Assembly: GCA_041937175.2 (NCBI GenBank)
Contig: CP166615.1
Coordinates: 1,536,001 to 1,600,000, forward strand
Length of the DNA: 64,000 nt
Direction of reading: 5' to 3'
From: Limnothrix sp. BL-A-16
Lineage (GTDB): Bacteria > Cyanobacteriota > Cyanobacteriia > CACIAM-69d
Made by a program: the position numbers and the translations under genes. Positions 60,360 to 64,000 of the stretch are shown piece after piece; within the stretch, counting starts at the first letter, position 1, and every line of letters begins with the position of its first letter. Under the pieces are notes generated by a model, which searched no databases, was not told the DNA's origin, and saw only the letters and a list, made by a program, of their open reading frames with translations.

Positions 60360-61814
60360 ATGGAACTACAACCCAAACCTACCGCCGCCCTCTGCTTGCC
60401 AGAATCTGAGATTTCAGCACTGTTGCAAGGGCGAATGCTGGCGATGTTGTCCGCCACGTTCATCAAGCCCCAGCGCATGTTGGCGCTTCAGCCGATTCCC
60501 GATCGCCTCAATCCCCGATCGCACGATCGCCCCTACCGATTCGCAGATTTGGGTTCCGAGAGCCTTCCCCCCGCCATCCGGGCGATCGTCACCTGTGTGG
60601 AATGCCAAATTATTGACGACTTGGCGGCCGTCGATGCGATCGCCGCCCTCACCATTTGGTCTGAGGATTTCCTCGCCCGTTCGATCGCCACCAAAGGACA
60701 CTTATTCCTAGCCACCGTCCGTGCTTTTCGACTGGTCACCCCCCACCCCCTAGAGCACGATTTTGAAGACCTCAGCGCGATCGGAAAATGCGTGGTGATG
60801 CCCCGTCCCTTCACGGGCGAAAATCCTGAGCCGGTGCTGCCGGAAGCGGTGTTTAAACGGCGATCGCAACAACTGCGCGATCAACAACCGCCCGAACATT
60901 CAGAACTTGAAGCTCTGCAATCCGCCCTTGCTGATTTAGCCAACACACTGCCCAGCGCCACACAATTAGACAACCGCATCCAAGCCTTTTTGGGGTGGCG
61001 CGTGCCAGGGCGATCGTCCCGTCTCAGTCCCTGGATGAGCAAAATTTCTAAAGTCGGTGCATCCAGCGAAGGCAACGAATTCGAGCGGCTGGTGCGCCAA
61101 GCCATGATTTCCTTAGGATTTTCTAACCGCAATCAAAATCCCAAAGCTAGCCTTGATCCCGATAGTGTCGGCGGCGCAGGCGGTCTAGATTTTGTTTGTG
61201 AATCGCCCTATTTAATCATCGGTGAGTGTAAATCAAGCAGCCGCGATACGCTACCCGATGGGGTGTTTTCGCAGCTTATGAAACTTGGTAACAAATATCT
61301 CAATCCTGAAGACTATGAACAAGCCATAAAATTAGTTATTTCTGTTGGCAAACCCAACCACCATGCTCAAAAAACAGCCCAAGGCAACCGTATGAATTTG
61401 ATTAAGCCCACCACCCTAGAACGCTTGGTTAAGCTCAATGTTTCCTATCCTGGTTCGTTGAATTTATGGGAGCTAGAAAATTGCCTAAAAAATCCGCCCT
61501 ATGCTCAAGAAGCTGATGACCAAATCAATGATTTTATAGATGAAAAAATTGAACAATTGCGAATCCGTGCATTTTTGATTGATTGCCTAAAACGACTAAC
61601 AAGTAACAATCAAAATAAAGGAGCTAGCACAGTCGAGCTTCACGCAGTCTATATCACCTCCCAGCCCCCCAAATTGCTGGAAATGGAAGACCTGCACAGC
61701 GTGGCGATCGAACTGGCTTCCCCACTCACCGGTTATCTAAGTCGCGAAAAGGGTCGTGAGTGGCGGGACGATCGCTTCTTTTGGTTGCGCGACTTGGCGA
61801 TCGAGAAAATCTAG
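60360..61814 (+). CDS. DUF1802-like N-domain fused to an Mrr-like PD-(D/E)XK nuclease
   Basis: ALCLPESEISALLQGR...LTIWS...LFLATVRAFRL, then NEFERLVRQAMISLGF, GGLDF, IGECKS, QL. True start may be ATG at 60360 or nearby. Confidence 0.75.
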   Translation: MELQPKPTAALCLPESEISALLQGRMLAMLSATFIKPQRMLALQPIPDRLNPRSHDRPYRFADLGSESLPPAIRAIVTCVECQIIDDLAAVDAIAALTIWSEDFLARSIATKGHLFLATVRAFRLVTPHPLEHDFEDLSAIGKCVVMPRPFTGENPEPVLPEAVFKRRSQQLRDQQPPEHSELEALQSALADLANTLPSATQLDNRIQAFLGWRVPGRSSRLSPWMSKISKVGASSEGNEFERLVRQAMISLGFSNRNQNPKASLDPDSVGGAGGLDFVCESPYLIIGECKSSSRDTLPDGVFSQLMKLGNKYLNPEDYEQAIKLVISVGKPNHHAQKTAQGNRMNLIKPTTLERLVKLNVSYPGSLNLWELENCLKNPPYAQEADDQINDFIDEKIEQLRIRAFLIDCLKRLTSNNQNKGASTVELHAVYITSQPPKLLEMEDLHSVAIELASPLTGYLSREKGREWRDDRFFWLRDLAIEKI

Positions 61815-61832
61815 GCGATTCCTTTTCAGTCC

Positions 61833-63899
61833 TCATTCTCGGGCTGCTTCAATGCAGGTTTCCCGATCTTTCTGTAAATTGGGCTTGCCTTCCCGTTCTC
61901 GCCCAACAGAAAATCGCGTTTCAATATAGGGCAACTCGATCGTAAAACAACTGCCCACAGTCACCTCACTGGTCACCCCCACACGACCACCGTGAAGTTC
62001 AACAATCCGCTTCACCAGAGCCAAGCCCAGACCCGTCCCCTCATATTTACGATTGAGGGCACTGTCAATTTGCACAAACGGCTGAAAAAGACGCTTAATA
62101 TCCTCTGGTGCAATCCCAATACCCGTATCAGTGATTGAAATTCGCACAAAATATTTTTGTAATTCTCCATTTTTTTCCGCCTCATTCTCGCCCTCTTTCT
62201 TTTGGCAAGTCACTTCTAGGGTGATGCGTCCGCCTTCCGGCGTAAATTTAAAGGCATTATTGAGCAAATTCAACAAAACTTGGCGGATACGACGTTCATC
62301 GATATATAAATCTGGCAAATTAGGCGATAGATTAACTTCCAGTTGAATATTTTTTTGCTCGGCTTGGGGCTGAATGAATGTCAAGCTTGATGTGCAAAGC
62401 GGCCCGATCGCAACGGTCGTGCAATTTAGCTCCAAAAACTCCGATTCGATCTTGGCAATATCCAAAATATCGTTAATTAAATCCAGAAGATGTGCGCCGC
62501 TTTTTTCAATATTCTCTAGTGCTTTGTATTGCTGCTTATTAACACTGCCAAAGATACCCTCTTGCAAAATCTCCGCCACTCCCAAAATTGTGTTTAAGGG
62601 AGTGCGGAGTTCGTGGCTCATGGTTGCCAAAAAATTGTCTTTCAGTCGATTTGACTGCGTGAGTTGACTATTGGCTTTTTGTAACCTTTGCAGAAGGCTC
62701 TGTTGTTGATTTACCATGCTGAAAAAGACATCGGATAAATGGCTAATTTCATCCTGTGAATGGTTGGCGTTTTCATGATTCCCGATCATGCGATCGCAAA
62801 CATCTAAAATGGGTTGCAAACGGCGATTTAAAAATCGAATGAATAACCAAACAACCAGCAACAACAGAAATGCTGCAATGATCGTGGCGCTGATAGCTCC
62901 CAATAGGGCAGGTTTGGCAATAGCCTCGTAAGGAATAGCCTCCAGCATCACCCATTGAGTTCTGGGAACTGTTTGATAAACCCAATAAATCGAATCAGAT
63001 TCAAAATGTGATTTTTCAATGCCTTGATTGATTCGGTAAAGAATTTGTTCCCAAACAGGTTTTAGGGACGGAATGGATGAAACATTAGCCAATTGGGCAG
63101 CCTTACGAGGATCAAGAGAATAGCTCAAGAGTTGCCCATTTTTTGTGATTAGAGCATAATAGCCATTGTTATTGAACGAAAGATCATCTTGACTTAAATT
63201 AAGATCGCCAGCATCAATGTCTTTATTAAGATCATCAATATTAATATCTCCGTTCATTACAGCAATTAGCTGACCTTTTTGATTGCGAATCGTTCCTGAA
63301 AAGGTCATGAGTGGAATGGGATAATTATCATTCATATAAGGCTTTGACCAAAGGTAGCGATCAGCCTTAACCGCGTCTCTGAAGTATTGCAGTTTTGGAT
63401 ACTGATCGACTTCCCATAGATCAACCAATGTAAATCTAGGATCTTGAGTAAGAGTAACCCCGCGATCGGGAATAGATTCTTCAACATAGGGGCCAAACCA
63501 CTCGCGATCGACCAAGCCCTTGGGGAACTGCATCACCCCAAATCCGGTGATCAGTTTAGGACGAGCTGACATAAATGAAAGCACTAATTTCTCGTAGGCC
63601 TCGGGCGATCGCACACCACTATCGTGTAAGAAAATCGTTGCGGAAACCAAACTTTTTAAAAAAGTTTCACCACTGAGCAGCTCCGCATCGAGATGCCGAA
63701 CCTTATTATCCGTTTCCGAAGTTAGTTGCAAAATCCGAACGGATTTCAGCTCACTATAAAATAAATACCCTAAGCTGCCGAGACCAATGGAGGCGGCAGA
63801 AATCACCGCCACAAACAAGCGAGTGCCGATCGAACGAAGTCCAAATTTCATTGATTTAGCCGGAACAGTTAGACCGTTTTGGGTTGAATGGCTTGTCAT
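61833..63899 (-). CDS. Sensor histidine kinase (TM-dCache-TM, HisKA, HATPase)
   Basis: WSKPY Cache motif, FLATMSHELRTPL, NLLNNAFKFT, DTGIGI, GTGLGL; no receiver domain. Confidence 0.92.
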   Translation of the reverse strand: MTSHSTQNGLTVPAKSMKFGLRSIGTRLFVAVISAASIGLGSLGYLFYSELKSVRILQLTSETDNKVRHLDAELLSGETFLKSLVSATIFLHDSGVRSPEAYEKLVLSFMSARPKLITGFGVMQFPKGLVDREWFGPYVEESIPDRGVTLTQDPRFTLVDLWEVDQYPKLQYFRDAVKADRYLWSKPYMNDNYPIPLMTFSGTIRNQKGQLIAVMNGDINIDDLNKDIDAGDLNLSQDDLSFNNNGYYALITKNGQLLSYSLDPRKAAQLANVSSIPSLKPVWEQILYRINQGIEKSHFESDSIYWVYQTVPRTQWVMLEAIPYEAIAKPALLGAISATIIAAFLLLLVVWLFIRFLNRRLQPILDVCDRMIGNHENANHSQDEISHLSDVFFSMVNQQQSLLQRLQKANSQLTQSNRLKDNFLATMSHELRTPLNTILGVAEILQEGIFGSVNKQQYKALENIEKSGAHLLDLINDILDIAKIESEFLELNCTTVAIGPLCTSSLTFIQPQAEQKNIQLEVNLSPNLPDLYIDERRIRQVLLNLLNNAFKFTPEGGRITLEVTCQKKEGENEAEKNGELQKYFVRISITDTGIGIAPEDIKRLFQPFVQIDSALNRKYEGTGLGLALVKRIVELHGGRVGVTSEVTVGSCFTIELPYIETRFSVGREREGKPNLQKDRETCIEAARE

Positions 63900-64000
63900 T
63901 GCTTAGCCCAGTAGCCTCAGTGGCGGACTGTTCAAAGTATAAAGAAGCACCTCTTTAACTAAAGAAAACCTAGTCTGAAACGCTGGCTCAAGCATGTGGC

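Noticed and set aside
61833..61930. Kinase truncated (receiver lost) by the neighbouring operon
   Set aside because: The HATPase domain is complete and receiver-less kinases are common; this cannot be supported without orthologues.
1..64000. Abundant GCGATCGC repeats as a novelty
   Set aside because: This is the well-known cyanobacterial HIP1; I used it only as a marker of native versus recently acquired DNA.

Overview
Chromosomal window from a cyanobacterium. Evidence: the HIP1 octamer GCGATCGC is very frequent, and Ycf66-, TxlA-, NIL-ferredoxin- and DUF3172-like genes are present. I cannot fix the genus from sequence alone. Most of the window is housekeeping or signalling DNA: adenylate cyclase 3' end, GT4 plus TPR/GT41 glycosyltransferases, a hybrid kinase, pgk, lpxD, cobU, rpmB, cobO, purQ, rlmD, secA, xseA, two ABC modules and a class D beta-lactamase-like gene. 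Two accessory zones are rich in nuclease-fold genes. The first (31-43 kb) has Uma2, an AT-rich coupled gene pair, a single-chain Type IIG/ISP-like R-M enzyme, and a coupled HsdR-like-nuclease::ParA fusion with a degenerate ParB/HhH/Rho-N partner. The second (57.2-61.8 kb) is a three-gene operon (wHTH protein, AAA+ ATPase with a C-terminal DNA-reading-like domain, DUF1802-like::PD-(D/E)XK nuclease) and is the best candidate for an uncharacterised defence system. Non-coding structure: one intact-looking IS5/ISL2 element, two MITE families with different ends that carry the same 20-bp palindrome CAAGGGGCTTAAGCCCCTTG (one nested inside the other's palindrome), and a candidate ~65-nt anti-Shine-Dalgarno sRNA. 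No rRNA, tRNA or CRISPR array was recognised. All domain calls come from reading motifs by eye, not from database searches.
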